Source of the DNA: Angustibacter luteus
Lineage (GTDB): Bacteria; Actinomycetota; Actinomycetes; Actinomycetales; Angustibacteraceae
NCBI RefSeq assembly: GCF_039541115.1
Contig: NZ_BAABFP010000005.1
Span: 806,001-870,000, forward strand
Length of the DNA stretch: 64,000 bases
Direction: 5' to 3'
Below are positions 37,978 through 49,396 of this stretch, piece after piece; the first letter of the stretch is position 1, and every line of letters starts with the position of its first letter. A program made the translations under genes and the position numbers. The notes below the pieces were generated by a model. The model had not been told where the DNA came from, did no database searches, and saw nothing but the letters and a program-made list of their open reading frames with translations.

Positions 37978-39180
37978 GTGGACACCCAGTGTGTGGTGGT
38001 GGGGGCCGGGGCGGCGGGTCTGGCGGTGAGCCGGGCTCTGTCGGAGGTTGGCGTCGAGCATCTGGTCCTTGAACGGCACGACGTGGCCGATACCTGGCGG
38101 CGCCAGCGGTGGGACAGCTTCACGCTGAACACGCCTGACTCGATGAACGACGGGCTTCGCGCAGGGCCGGGCCTGGGGACGACATGCCCGCGGGACGAAG
38201 TCGTCCAGCTGTTGACCGAGCAGGCGCAGGCTCTCCCGGTTCGTCCTCGCACGGCGGTGACGGCGGTGGACAGCATTCCCCCGGGCTTCCTGGTCTCCAC
38301 GCCGGATGGAACCCTGTCCGCCCCGACCTTGGTCTTGGCCTCTGGCCTGCTGAACGTGCCTCGAAGGCCTGCCCAAGCGGGGCTCGTTGCGCCACGGGTG
38401 CATCAGCTGCACGCCTCTGACTATCGATCTCCCAGCCAGCTGCCTGATGGCGCGGTGCTCGTCGTGGGAGGAGGACAGTCCGGGTGCCAGATCGCCGAGG
38501 ACCTGGCCCTGGCCGGACGCACGGTCTATCTGTCCACGAGCCGGGTGGGCCGCATCCCGTGGCTCTACCGAGGACGTGAGTCGCTTGCCTGGCTGGTCGA
38601 CTGCGGCTTCTGGGATCAGCGCCCGCAGGACCTGCCCCACCCGACCGATACGGCACTGACCGTCCCACTGCTGGCAGGGGGACGCAGCCTCGACCTGCGC
38701 ATCTTGTCCGGTCTCGGCGTGCGGCTGGTAGGCCGCTTCGCCTCGGCCGACGGCGAGACGATCGGATTCGAAGGTTCCCCTTCGGCGTACGCGGCCCAGG
38801 CTGACGACGCTTGGGCCAGGCTCAGGTCCCTGATCGACCACCACATCGAGGAACACGACATCGTGGCGCCCGACCCTGCAACGGCGGACCGGCCGGGCGG
38901 TCCGGTGCCAGATCCCGGCGCGGCCGTCCTCGATCTGCACTCAGCGGACGTGACCACGCTGATCTGGAGCACCGGTTTCACGGGTGACCTGTCCTGGGTC
39001 AATCTTCCCCTGTTCGGTCCAGACGGCCGACTCGAGCACGACGGCTGCGCAGCCCCCTGGCCCGGCCTCTGGTACGTGGGATTCCCCTGGCTGACCCGGC
39101 GATGCTCCGGCATCTTCCACGGGTTCTCCCGCGATGCCCAAGACATCGTCCACGGAGTGGTCCACGAGCTCGACCGCTGA
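37978..39180 (+). CDS. Flavin-dependent oxidoreductase/monooxygenase (CzcO-like)
   Basis: VVGAGAAGL, WDSFTLNTP, HASDYRSP, VVGGGQSGCQIAEDL, WSTGF. Confidence 0.87.
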   Translation: MDTQCVVVGAGAAGLAVSRALSEVGVEHLVLERHDVADTWRRQRWDSFTLNTPDSMNDGLRAGPGLGTTCPRDEVVQLLTEQAQALPVRPRTAVTAVDSIPPGFLVSTPDGTLSAPTLVLASGLLNVPRRPAQAGLVAPRVHQLHASDYRSPSQLPDGAVLVVGGGQSGCQIAEDLALAGRTVYLSTSRVGRIPWLYRGRESLAWLVDCGFWDQRPQDLPHPTDTALTVPLLAGGRSLDLRILSGLGVRLVGRFASADGETIGFEGSPSAYAAQADDAWARLRSLIDHHIEEHDIVAPDPATADRPGGPVPDPGAAVLDLHSADVTTLIWSTGFTGDLSWVNLPLFGPDGRLEHDGCAAPWPGLWYVGFPWLTRRCSGIFHGFSRDAQDIVHGVVHELDR

Positions 39181-39290
39181 CCGGCGGTCCGCTCGTCCAG
39201 CCGCTTGGGAGTCAGATGGAAGTGCCCCCGAAGGGACGAGGCACAGCGCCAGCAGCGGGACCTGCCGGGTGCATGCGGCTACATGACGCA

Positions 39291-39351
39291 CGCCCTCATC
39301 GCGGCAGATCCGGGCGAGCGTAGCCGCCCTCAACGCGGCAGATCCGGGCGA
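39291..39351 (+). repeat. Tandem 34-bp-period repeat containing copy 1 of a 48-bp element
   Basis: CGCCCTCATCGCGGCAGATCCGGGCGA (39291) and CGCCCTCAACGCGGCAGATCCGGGCGA (39325). Confidence 0.9.
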
Positions 39352-39363
39352 TCGGACCCGGCT

Positions 39364-40296
39364 CTATGCGCCGAGGGCGGGGAAGGTCCAGTCGCCGGTC
39401 AGGATCTCTGGGCGCGGGCGATAGAGGCGGACGATGTAGTTCCAGCCGTCAGTGATGGGCAGGGCGTTGTTACCCTCGCCGCCGAAGCGCACCGTGACGC
39501 TGCCGTCGTTGTTGCGGGCGGCGGTGATGTTGTTCACGCTGTACGCCCCCTGCTCGTTGGGTTCGAAGAACCCTTCGGCGTTGTAGACCGAGATCGACCA
39601 GAAACCGTCGACGGGAACGTCGCCGACGGTCAGGTCGTACTCGCCAACCGGGAGGTTCGGGAAGACACCCACGTATGTCGCTTCGGCGTCCGGTAGGCCG
39701 CCCCACCCGGCAGCCGAGCCGATGAGGTGGTGCACAGCATCGACGTGCTCGCGGCGGCCGAACATCTCCGAGAACGCACTCAGGTCGGAGGCCAGAGCGA
39801 GCAGCGCGTTGCGGGTGCGGTCGAGGCTCTCGGTGTCGTAGTCGGGCAGTTCGAACGTCCGACCTGACGTGGCCTGCAACGCGAACCCGTCCTGGACGGC
39901 GGCCACGGCGGCGAGATCGTTGGGGTTGGTGGGATCGACGAGCGTGCGGGCGGCGACGACGACATAGGGGGTGTCGAACTCTTCGACGGTGAGTTCGTAG
40001 CGACCGGCGTCGTGAAAGACCTTGTTGATGTAGTGGTCCTCGTTGACGATCATCACCGACAGGTACCGCTCACCGGAGTCCGGGACGGTGAGGGTGGCGC
40101 CCTGTGAGATGTCGACGACTGCGAAGCTGTAGAGCGTGTCACGGTTCATCCGGATCACGGTCTGCTTGTCGATCTCCGCGGGCTCGCGGTTGTGCGAGAA
40201 CACGTTCACCCCGCCGGCGTCGCGCTGCAGGCCAGCCATCATCCGGTGGGTCTCGGCCCGCTTGAAGTTGTCAGCGTTGACCTTGATCTGCGTCAT
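39364..40296 (-). CDS. DUF1254/DUF1214 domain protein
   Basis: QTVIRMNRDTLYS, AAGWGGLP, VPVDGFWSISVYN, GWNYIVRLYRP; TAGTGT -10 7 nt upstream. Confidence 0.85.
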   Translation of the reverse strand: MTQIKVNADNFKRAETHRMMAGLQRDAGGVNVFSHNREPAEIDKQTVIRMNRDTLYSFAVVDISQGATLTVPDSGERYLSVMIVNEDHYINKVFHDAGRYELTVEEFDTPYVVVAARTLVDPTNPNDLAAVAAVQDGFALQATSGRTFELPDYDTESLDRTRNALLALASDLSAFSEMFGRREHVDAVHHLIGSAAGWGGLPDAEATYVGVFPNLPVGEYDLTVGDVPVDGFWSISVYNAEGFFEPNEQGAYSVNNITAARNNDGSVTVRFGGEGNNALPITDGWNYIVRLYRPRPEILTGDWTFPALGA

Positions 40297-40532
40297 ATCG
40301 TCGACACTACTGACCGCCGTCACGGCCAATTCACCCCCACCGGGTGAAACCAGCCGGGGGTCATCACCCAGCAGATGCCGCCGTCCGCTCATCGGCACGA
40401 CCGTGCGGCGATCGGCCGCAGGTCCCGTTGTTGTAGTTGTCCCTTTCGCTGGGCTCAATCCGGCCAGAGCACAGGTCGACGCCTCTTGGAGTTCTGCCGT
40501 GCTGCTCGTTCGTGGGCCACTACTCTGCTCGC

Positions 40533-41033
40533 GTGCGTTGGGCGAACGAAGCTGAGCTGCTTGCGGCGTTGTCCACGTGGGAGCCCCTCCCCGATGAGGA
40601 TGACCCTCGTTGGGACGATGACGAGGTCTGGCGGGACGCGGAACGGTTGATCCAGGCGGCCGACGCGGCGGGAGACGCCGGTTGGCGGGAAGCTGCCGTC
40701 CGTGTTTTCGAGCATGCTGCCGACTGGGACCTGAATGGCATGATGCCGCACATCCGCCACGGACCTGAGAGGGCTTACCCCGAGGACAGCGGCTCACAGG
40801 AGTTCGCGCATCGACTGGAGCAGCTCGCCGGGCACGTGCGGGCGGGAACCCGGCTGTGGATCGTCAGGGAGCTGGGCTTACTACGGCAGTTGTCGAGCCT
40901 CCCGGTCATCCTGGAACGACTGACCGATCCGCACCCCCGCGTGGCAGACACGGCTGTCGACTCACTGCACATGCTCGCTCAGGTGTATGCCGAGGCCGTC
41001 ACGGAGTTGTGGAGTCGCGAACTGGGAGCTTGA
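40533..41033 (+). CDS. HEAT-repeat-like hypothetical protein
   Basis: RELGLLRQLSSLPVILERLTDPHPRVADTAVDSL; TACTCT -10 6 nt before GTG 40533. Confidence 0.6.
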   Translation: MRWANEAELLAALSTWEPLPDEDDPRWDDDEVWRDAERLIQAADAAGDAGWREAAVRVFEHAADWDLNGMMPHIRHGPERAYPEDSGSQEFAHRLEQLAGHVRAGTRLWIVRELGLLRQLSSLPVILERLTDPHPRVADTAVDSLHMLAQVYAEAVTELWSRELGA

Positions 41034-41091
41034 TCGCACCTCACAGCGGGCGATGAACGCCGCGGGCCGGTGAGGACGTGACCACACCCCA

Positions 41092-41139
41092 CGCGGCAGA
41101 TCCGGGCGAGCGTAGCCGCCCTCAACGCGGCAGATCCGG
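41092..41139 (+). repeat. Copy 2 of the 48-bp element (identical to 39300-39347)
   Basis: CGCGGCAGATCCGGGCGAGCGTAGCCGCCCTCAACGCGGCAGATCCGG. Confidence 0.92.
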
Positions 41140-41164
41140 ACGCTCCGCGTGACATCCTTCGCGC

Positions 41165-41443
41165 GTGCAGATCCGCTGGTTCAAGCGACGCTGGGACGAG
41201 ACCCGTGGCGACGGCTTCGACTCATGGGGCGCGGCGACGTACTTCTTCGAGGTCACGAAGGAAGGATGGCCGTCGCGTCAGATTGAGGTCTACGACAGCG
41301 GTCCCACGCTTCGCTACGGCCCTGACCATCTGGAGGACGAGTACGGCCGGCTCGGGCAAGCGCAGCTCGACGAGCGCGAGGACTGGTCCGATTGGGCCAT
41401 TTCATCTGACGAGTTCGAGAACATGTGGTCTGGGGACGCGTAG
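41165..41443 (+). CDS. Small acidic, Trp-rich hypothetical protein
   Basis: 92 aa, YFFEV...RQIEVYD...ISSDEFENMW; CATCCT -10 6 nt before GTG. Confidence 0.7.
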   Translation: MQIRWFKRRWDETRGDGFDSWGAATYFFEVTKEGWPSRQIEVYDSGPTLRYGPDHLEDEYGRLGQAQLDEREDWSDWAISSDEFENMWSGDA

Positions 41444-41491
41444 GTCACTCGGATCGGCATGACCGCGCACGATCCGAGGCATGAAAGGGCG

Positions 41492-41923
41492 CTACGAAGG
41501 TCCTCCGGGGAAGGTCGCGGGTCCACCGCCGGGAAGGGAAACCCACCTGCGTCCGGAGACCCCGGTCAACTGCCAGGCTTCGTACTGCTCGTCGTGAGGA
41601 ACGTCGAGCATCAGTCCTGACTCGAACACAAGTCGTAGCGCACCATCCTTGAATCCCACGCTCACCAGGAGCTGCTGCCCGACCAGGGACATCAAGACCT
41701 CGGATGTCCAGACCGTGCCGTCCGCCATGCGCGTCACCACAGCAGTCTCAGTGCCCGGTGCGGAGACCGCCCGTACCGTCGCGGCGGCCTCAATCGACAA
41801 TACGGACCCTCCCGCGAAGTTCAGCACGACCACAAACTCGTGGACGTCAACCGACTCCAACGCACGCTTGCGAAGGCCGAGCCACCACCTGTCATCAAGT
41901 TCCTGCTCGACCTCACTTCCCAT
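41492..41923 (-). CDS. DUF6188-like hypothetical protein
   Basis: DGALRLVFESG...VPHDEQYEAWQL...WVSLPGGG. Confidence 0.7.
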   Translation of the reverse strand: MGSEVEQELDDRWWLGLRKRALESVDVHEFVVVLNFAGGSVLSIEAAATVRAVSAPGTETAVVTRMADGTVWTSEVLMSLVGQQLLVSVGFKDGALRLVFESGLMLDVPHDEQYEAWQLTGVSGRRWVSLPGGGPATFPGGPS

Positions 41924-42072
41924 GGCCGCGAGTGTGACACCGGACGTGGCCTCACACGACCACTGACGCGACCCCCACGACCGCACGCCATCCGCGGCAG
42001 ATGAGTGCGTTCACACCGCGTGTCGTCACCCTTCTGCTCGGTAGGCAGCGGTGCCTCCGAGATGATGCCGTC

Positions 42073-42894
42073 ATGACCTCGACCACCGCGTTTGACCGTG
42101 TCGGCCACATGGTCCGCGTCCCCGTGGCACTGGCTGGCGAGAAGCATCGGTTCTTGGTCGACTCCGGCATCGGCGTCACCGTTGTCTCGCCCCAGATCGC
42201 CGCCCGTTCCGATGTACGCCTTACGGGAGAGACCTTCACCGGCCGCCGCATGTCCGGGCAGGAGCTCACACTCCCGATCGTGCAACTCCCGGAGCTCAGG
42301 CTTGGCGACTACTCGATCCACGGGCATCGTGCCGTCGTCGCAGACCTCGGTCCGGTCGATGGTCCGACTGGGTTCGCCGGAATCTTGAGCCCGCGGTTCT
42401 TTGCGGGAAACGCCGTTACGACCGACCCCGACGCGATGAGCCTGACCGTGCGCCCCGTGGCCGGATTGGATGAGCAGGGCTATGTCATTCCACTCCAGAT
42501 GCGCGCGGAGGGCCCTGCCCTGACCCCCTTCGCTGTCCTGATCCTGCCCAGCGGACGGGAGATCGAGGTCGAGGTCGACACCGGTTCCCAGAACACCATC
42601 CTCGACGTGCAGTACCTGGACGAGTGCGGAGTGGATCTTGCGCACGCATCGGTCACCACGACGACGGGCGTTGACGAGACGGGGCATGAATGGACACGAC
42701 ACTGGAGCACGATCGCCGGCCAAGTCCACCTCAAGGGCGCACCCGAGACCGCTCAGCCCGAACCGCGAGTGCAGTTCCAGGAAATCATTCACGACGGACT
42801 CATTGGCACCGACTACCTTGAGCGCTACCGCGTCACCCTCGATGCAGTCGGGGCCCGCCTCATCCTCTCTCCGCGAACCACAACAGCGCCCTAG
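42073..42894 (+). CDS. Two-domain retropepsin-like aspartyl protease
   Basis: FLVDSG and VEVDTG catalytic motifs, AGIL and DGLIGTDYL. Confidence 0.8.
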   Translation: MTSTTAFDRVGHMVRVPVALAGEKHRFLVDSGIGVTVVSPQIAARSDVRLTGETFTGRRMSGQELTLPIVQLPELRLGDYSIHGHRAVVADLGPVDGPTGFAGILSPRFFAGNAVTTDPDAMSLTVRPVAGLDEQGYVIPLQMRAEGPALTPFAVLILPSGREIEVEVDTGSQNTILDVQYLDECGVDLAHASVTTTTGVDETGHEWTRHWSTIAGQVHLKGAPETAQPEPRVQFQEIIHDGLIGTDYLERYRVTLDAVGARLILSPRTTTAP

Positions 42895-43012
42895 AAGCGC
42901 ACGACCATCCGCGCGCACATCGGCATGAGAGTGAAACTGCGGCGCCCGACGCGGGAAGTGACGCGCCCTCCCGTGCAGATTCGCAGGTCTACTGGCACCC
43001 ATACTCGGCGCT

Positions 43013-43171
43013 GGTCACCTCCGCACAGGAATCACCCGAAGCGAGGCGCGCGACGTGCTCTGGACCGACAACGCCGCCGAGCAGTACGGGCTTCTCGTCC
43101 TCGAGCGAGAGTGGAGCTCGCGTCGCGATGGCTCCTGGATCGCCGAAGCGCAGATTGCTGCCCTGCTCTAG
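43013..43171 (+). pseudogene. C-terminal remnant of a TetR-family regulator
   Basis: Hand translation GHLRTGITRSEARDVLWTDNAAEQYGLLVLEREWSSRRDGSWIAEAQIAALL*; no HTH or start found upstream. Confidence 0.55.
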
Positions 43172-43328
43172 CCAAGCGGCGCCAGATCGGCAGCAGGCAC
43201 GCCCAGGCATCGTCGGGGTGTATCGCCGTAGCCAGTCGATCCTGCGTCCATCTGGACGGAAGGACGCACGCCCCGTGCATGCGTGGATCGCAGTGCGCTG
43301 AGCTGATATGCGCCTGACCGCATGCAGC

Positions 43329-43362
43329 AAGGAGCCCCGACCCAGTTGGGTCGGGGCTCCTT
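43329..43362. terminator. Intrinsic terminator hairpin downstream of nrdJ
   Basis: AAGGAGCCCCGACCCA-gt-TGGGTCGGGGCTCCTT. Confidence 0.85.
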
Positions 43363-43436
43363 CCTGTCGTCATGTCCGGCTGACCGAATCTCGGACATTG
43401 CTGTCCGCGTCAGCAGGGCATTCGGCGACCGTTGAC

Positions 43437-46346
<2,910 letters not shown>

Positions 46347-46486
46347 GTTCCCTCGTCCCCTCGCCCTGTCTGTGTCAACGCCCGTGGCGCGACCTGTATT
46401 GCCTGCTGAAGTCCGTTACTGCTGTTGTTCGTGTGACTCGTGTGGTGCTGTTCGGAGCGAGCCGCCCCGAGGAAGTTCGAGTGGTG

Positions 46487-46528
46487 ACCGCCGGTGGCGT
46501 CGGCTTCCCCTCCGCCGCCACCGGCGGT
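46487..46528. other. 13-bp stem hairpin directly after the nrdR stop
   Basis: ACCGCCGGTGGCG / CGCCACCGGCGGT. Confidence 0.7.
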
Positions 46529-46530
46529 GT

Positions 46531-47025
46531 CTAGGGAGCGTTGCTCGAGTCGACGCCGCCGGGCTCGACGCCCGTCGGCTCGCGCTCGGCGCGCAGCAGC
46601 GTGATGGCGGACTCGAAGTCCTCCAGCGAGTCGAACGCCTGGTACACGCTCGCGAAGCGCAGGTAGGCCACCTCGTCCAGCTCGCGCAGCGGCCCGAGGA
46701 TGGCCAGGCCGACCTCGTGCGCCTCGATCTCGGCGCAGCCGGTGGCCCGGACGGACTCCTCGACGCGCTGGGCGATCAGGGCCAGGTCATCCTCGCCGAC
46801 CGGCCGACCCTGGCAGGCCTTGCGTACACCGGACAGCACCTTGGCCCGGCTGAACGGCTCGGTGACCCCGGAACGCTTCACCACGGACAGGCTCGCGGTC
46901 TCGACGGTGGTGAACCGTCGGCCGCAGTCCGGGCACTGGCGCCGGCGGCGGATCGACGAGCCGTCGTCCGCGGCGCGTGAGTCGACGACGCGCGAGTCGG
47001 TGTGACGACAGAACGGACAGTGCAC
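46531..47025 (-). CDS. nrdR: Transcriptional repressor NrdR
   Basis: HCPFC...[19 protein letters not shown] cone, [23 protein letters not shown]. Confidence 0.97.
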   Translation of the reverse strand: MHCPFCRHTDSRVVDSRAADDGSSIRRRRQCPDCGRRFTTVETASLSVVKRSGVTEPFSRAKVLSGVRKACQGRPVGEDDLALIAQRVEESVRATGCAEIEAHEVGLAILGPLRELDEVAYLRFASVYQAFDSLEDFESAITLLRAEREPTGVEPGGVDSSNAP

Positions 47026-47189
47026 GTGCGCCTCCTCTCGGCGGTCGTTCTCGAGGTCGAGCCTGACATCTGCCACCGACAGTCCGAGGCCGTCCGACTT
47101 GACCGGCAAGGACCCGATTTCCCGCCCCGACCCGTGCTCCGCTGTGGACGGATCTGTGGATCACCTGGGGATGGACCTGTGGGTAACGA

Positions 47190-47237
47190 CCACAACTTGT
47201 GGACGAAGCACATCGGTGTAACTACTAGATGTTGGGG
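47190..47237. promoter_or_regulatory. Tandem NrdR boxes
   Basis: CCACAACTTGTGGACG (47190-47205) and CTACTAGATGTTGGGG (47222-47237), 32 bp apart, resembling acaCwAtATaTwGtgt. Confidence 0.8.
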
Positions 47238-47402
47238 TAGACGCTAGACCGTCCACTAGAGGTTCGCAAGGACCTCACGAGGATTGCTCGGCGTGTCCTG
47301 GACTTCCGTGCGGGTCGAAGCGCGCCATGCCCGATGCATTCACAGCCGTCACACGCGCCCCAGGGGCACGAACACCACGCGAAGGCGGAGCTGGGACGAC
47401 GG

Positions 47403-47436
47403 AGGCCCCCAATCCAGTCGTGCTGGATGGGGGCCT
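47403..47436 (-). terminator. Hairpin downstream of the LysM gene
   Basis: AGGCCCCCAATCCAG...CTGGATGGGGGCCT imperfect stem. Confidence 0.6.
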
Positions 47437-47467
47437 GGGTCAGCCGCACGTCGAGGTGCACGTCACG

Positions 47468-47887
47468 TCAACGCGTGGGGACGGCGATCCGCTGGCCGGC
47501 CTGCAGGTTCACCGAGCGCAGAGCGTTGAGCTCCTGGATGCGAGCCACCGTGTCGCGACGGTCCGCGTTCGGCGCCACCTGGCCGGCGATGGCCCACAAC
47601 GTCTGCCCGGGGGCGACGGTCACGTAGCGCGTCGGCACCGGGGCCGAGTCGGTGCCAGCCAGGCTGACCCCGCCGAGGAACATCGAGACGACGATGGCCG
47701 CGCTCGCGAGCAGCCCGGTGATCACGAGCCTGCCGCGACGCGTCAGCCGCAGCGCGGCCGCGGGAGCCGCCGACCGCACCGGCGCGATCTGGGTAGCACC
47801 CCACTTGGAGCCAGCCGGACGCGCGGCCCGCGCCGCGGCAGCCGGACGTCGCGTGGACATCGGTGCGTTGAGGGTGATCGCGGTCAT
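47468..47887 (-). CDS. Membrane LysM protein, SOS cell-division inhibitor (ChiZ/YneA-like)
   Basis: LRLTRRGR + TM + VTVAPGQTLWAIA...GQRIAVP; divergent from lexA. Confidence 0.85.
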   Translation of the reverse strand: MTAITLNAPMSTRRPAAAARAARPAGSKWGATQIAPVRSAAPAAALRLTRRGRLVITGLLASAAIVVSMFLGGVSLAGTDSAPVPTRYVTVAPGQTLWAIAGQVAPNADRRDTVARIQELNALRSVNLQAGQRIAVPTR

Positions 47888-47911
47888 GGGGGCCTCCGGG
47901 GAAGTAGAGGA

Positions 47912-48108
47912 TCGAACGGTTGTTCGATCGAACGCCTGTACGATTTCTAGCACCAGGCCCCGACACTTGTCGAGTCCTGACCGAACACTCGTTCGACTCA
48001 GTCGCCTCATTCGTGCTCAGGGACACCACACCAGAGACCACCGACAACGCCCACTGACCGTGGTCCGCTCCCCCGTGGGGCCGGCAACACGTTCGAACAG
48101 ATGTTTGA
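47912..48108. promoter_or_regulatory. Four LexA (SOS) boxes
   Basis: TCGAACGGTTGTTCGA 47912, TCGAACGCCTGTACGA 47928, CCGAACACTCGTTCGA 47981, TCGAACAGATGTTTGA 48093. Confidence 0.88.
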
Positions 48109-48163
48109 ATCCGGGCCGGTCAGGCCCTACGGTTGGCCCACCGCCAGACGACGGAGGAACACG

Positions 48164-48907
48164 ATGGCCACGCTCGGACGACCGCCCGCCGATGTGCACG
48201 AGATGCCCGAGCGCGACAACGGCGACGGCTTGACCGCCCGCCAGCGCAAGGTCCTCGAGACGATCCGGGACAGCGTGGAGCGCCGTGGCTACCCACCGAG
48301 CATGCGGGAGATCGGTGAGGCCGCCGGCCTGGCGAGCCCGAGCAGCGTGTCCCACCAGCTCACCGCGCTCGAGCGCAAGGGCTACCTGCGGCGTGACCCG
48401 CACCGCCCGCGCGCCATCGAGGTCATGTCGCCGGACGCGCCAGTGGCCTCGTCCGCCTCGTCAGCGGCCGCCTCCGCCGCACTGACCGCGGACTTCGAGG
48501 GCGATGCCACCGGTTCCGGCGATGCCCGTCCCACGCCGACGTACGTCCCCGTCCTCGGCCGGATCGCCGCAGGTGGGCCGATCCTCGCCGAGCAGGCGGT
48601 CGAGGAGATCTTCCCGCTCCCCCGCGAGCTCGTCGGTGACGGCGAGCTGTTCCTGCTCAAGGTGGTGGGCGACTCGATGATCGAGGCCGCCATCTGCGAC
48701 GGCGACTGGGTCGCGGTGCGGCGGGAGCAGACGGCGGAGAACGGCGACATCGTGGCCGCGCTGCTGGACGGCGAGGCCACCGTGAAGACGTTCAAGCGCC
48801 GCGACGGGCACGTGTGGCTGATGCCGCACAACCCGTCGTTCGAACCGATCCCGGGCGACGACGCCTCGGTGCTCGGGATCGTCCAGGCGGTCCTGCGCCG
48901 CCTCTGA
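48164..48907 (+). CDS. lexA: SOS repressor LexA
   Basis: [19 protein letters not shown] cleavage site, GDSM, ATVK; GGAGG RBS. Confidence 0.97.
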   Translation: MATLGRPPADVHEMPERDNGDGLTARQRKVLETIRDSVERRGYPPSMREIGEAAGLASPSSVSHQLTALERKGYLRRDPHRPRAIEVMSPDAPVASSASSAAASAALTADFEGDATGSGDARPTPTYVPVLGRIAAGGPILAEQAVEEIFPLPRELVGDGELFLLKVVGDSMIEAAICDGDWVAVRREQTAENGDIVAALLDGEATVKTFKRRDGHVWLMPHNPSFEPIPGDDASVLGIVQAVLRRL

Positions 48908-48937
48908 CCCGCCCCGCCGCCACCGCAGGTGCGCAGG

Positions 48938-49294
48938 TCAGTCGACGATTGCCAGCCCGGCGAGGTTGTGTCGTGCGACGGCGTCGCGGACGGCGGGAGA
49001 CGGTCGCACCAGGGTCACCACCGCCGGGCGGGCGGCCCGTCGAAGCTCAAGCAGCAGCCAGATGCCGGGCAGGCCGAACAGCGTGACCTGCTCGGCCAGC
49101 ACCTGCACCGGGCGCCCGGCCGTCCCCGCGGCGTCGGACTCCAGGTCCGCAACGAGATCCCGCACATCGGCGTGCATCTCATTGCCGATCGCACCGTGCA
49201 GCACCACCAGGACGCCGACGTCGGCGTCGATGAGCAGGCTCACCGAGCCGGGCTCGTCAGCGTGGGTCGTTGGCTCTTGGACATCCAGGGACAT
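48938..49294 (-). CDS. STAS-like domain protein
   Basis: VLHGAI...VTLFGLPGIWLLLEL...LVRPSPAVRD. Confidence 0.5.
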   Translation of the reverse strand: MSLDVQEPTTHADEPGSVSLLIDADVGVLVVLHGAIGNEMHADVRDLVADLESDAAGTAGRPVQVLAEQVTLFGLPGIWLLLELRRAARPAVVTLVRPSPAVRDAVARHNLAGLAIVD

Positions 49295-49396
49295 GGGCAG
49301 CCTTTCAGAGCGCTCCCACCACGTGCGGGGAGCGGCTTCGTGAACGGCCCGCCACCTTGCTGGACGAGACGGCGGTCACCTTAGCAACTGCCGCCG

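Noticed and set aside
36697..38940. 747-aa ABC ATPase (and likewise the 745-aa aminotransferase ORF 49397..51634) with long N-extensions
   Set aside because: The extensions are antisense to real genes; the recognisable domains begin at 37596 and 50464.
39291..41139. GCGGCAGATCCGG repeats as a CRISPR array
   Set aside because: Only two units per site, the internal spacer is identical in both copies, and no cas genes are present.
46347..47240. Cobalamin riboswitch controlling nrdR-nrdJ
   Set aside because: No recognisable B12-box/GGGAA core; NrdR boxes explain the regulation. An Rfam scan would be decisive.
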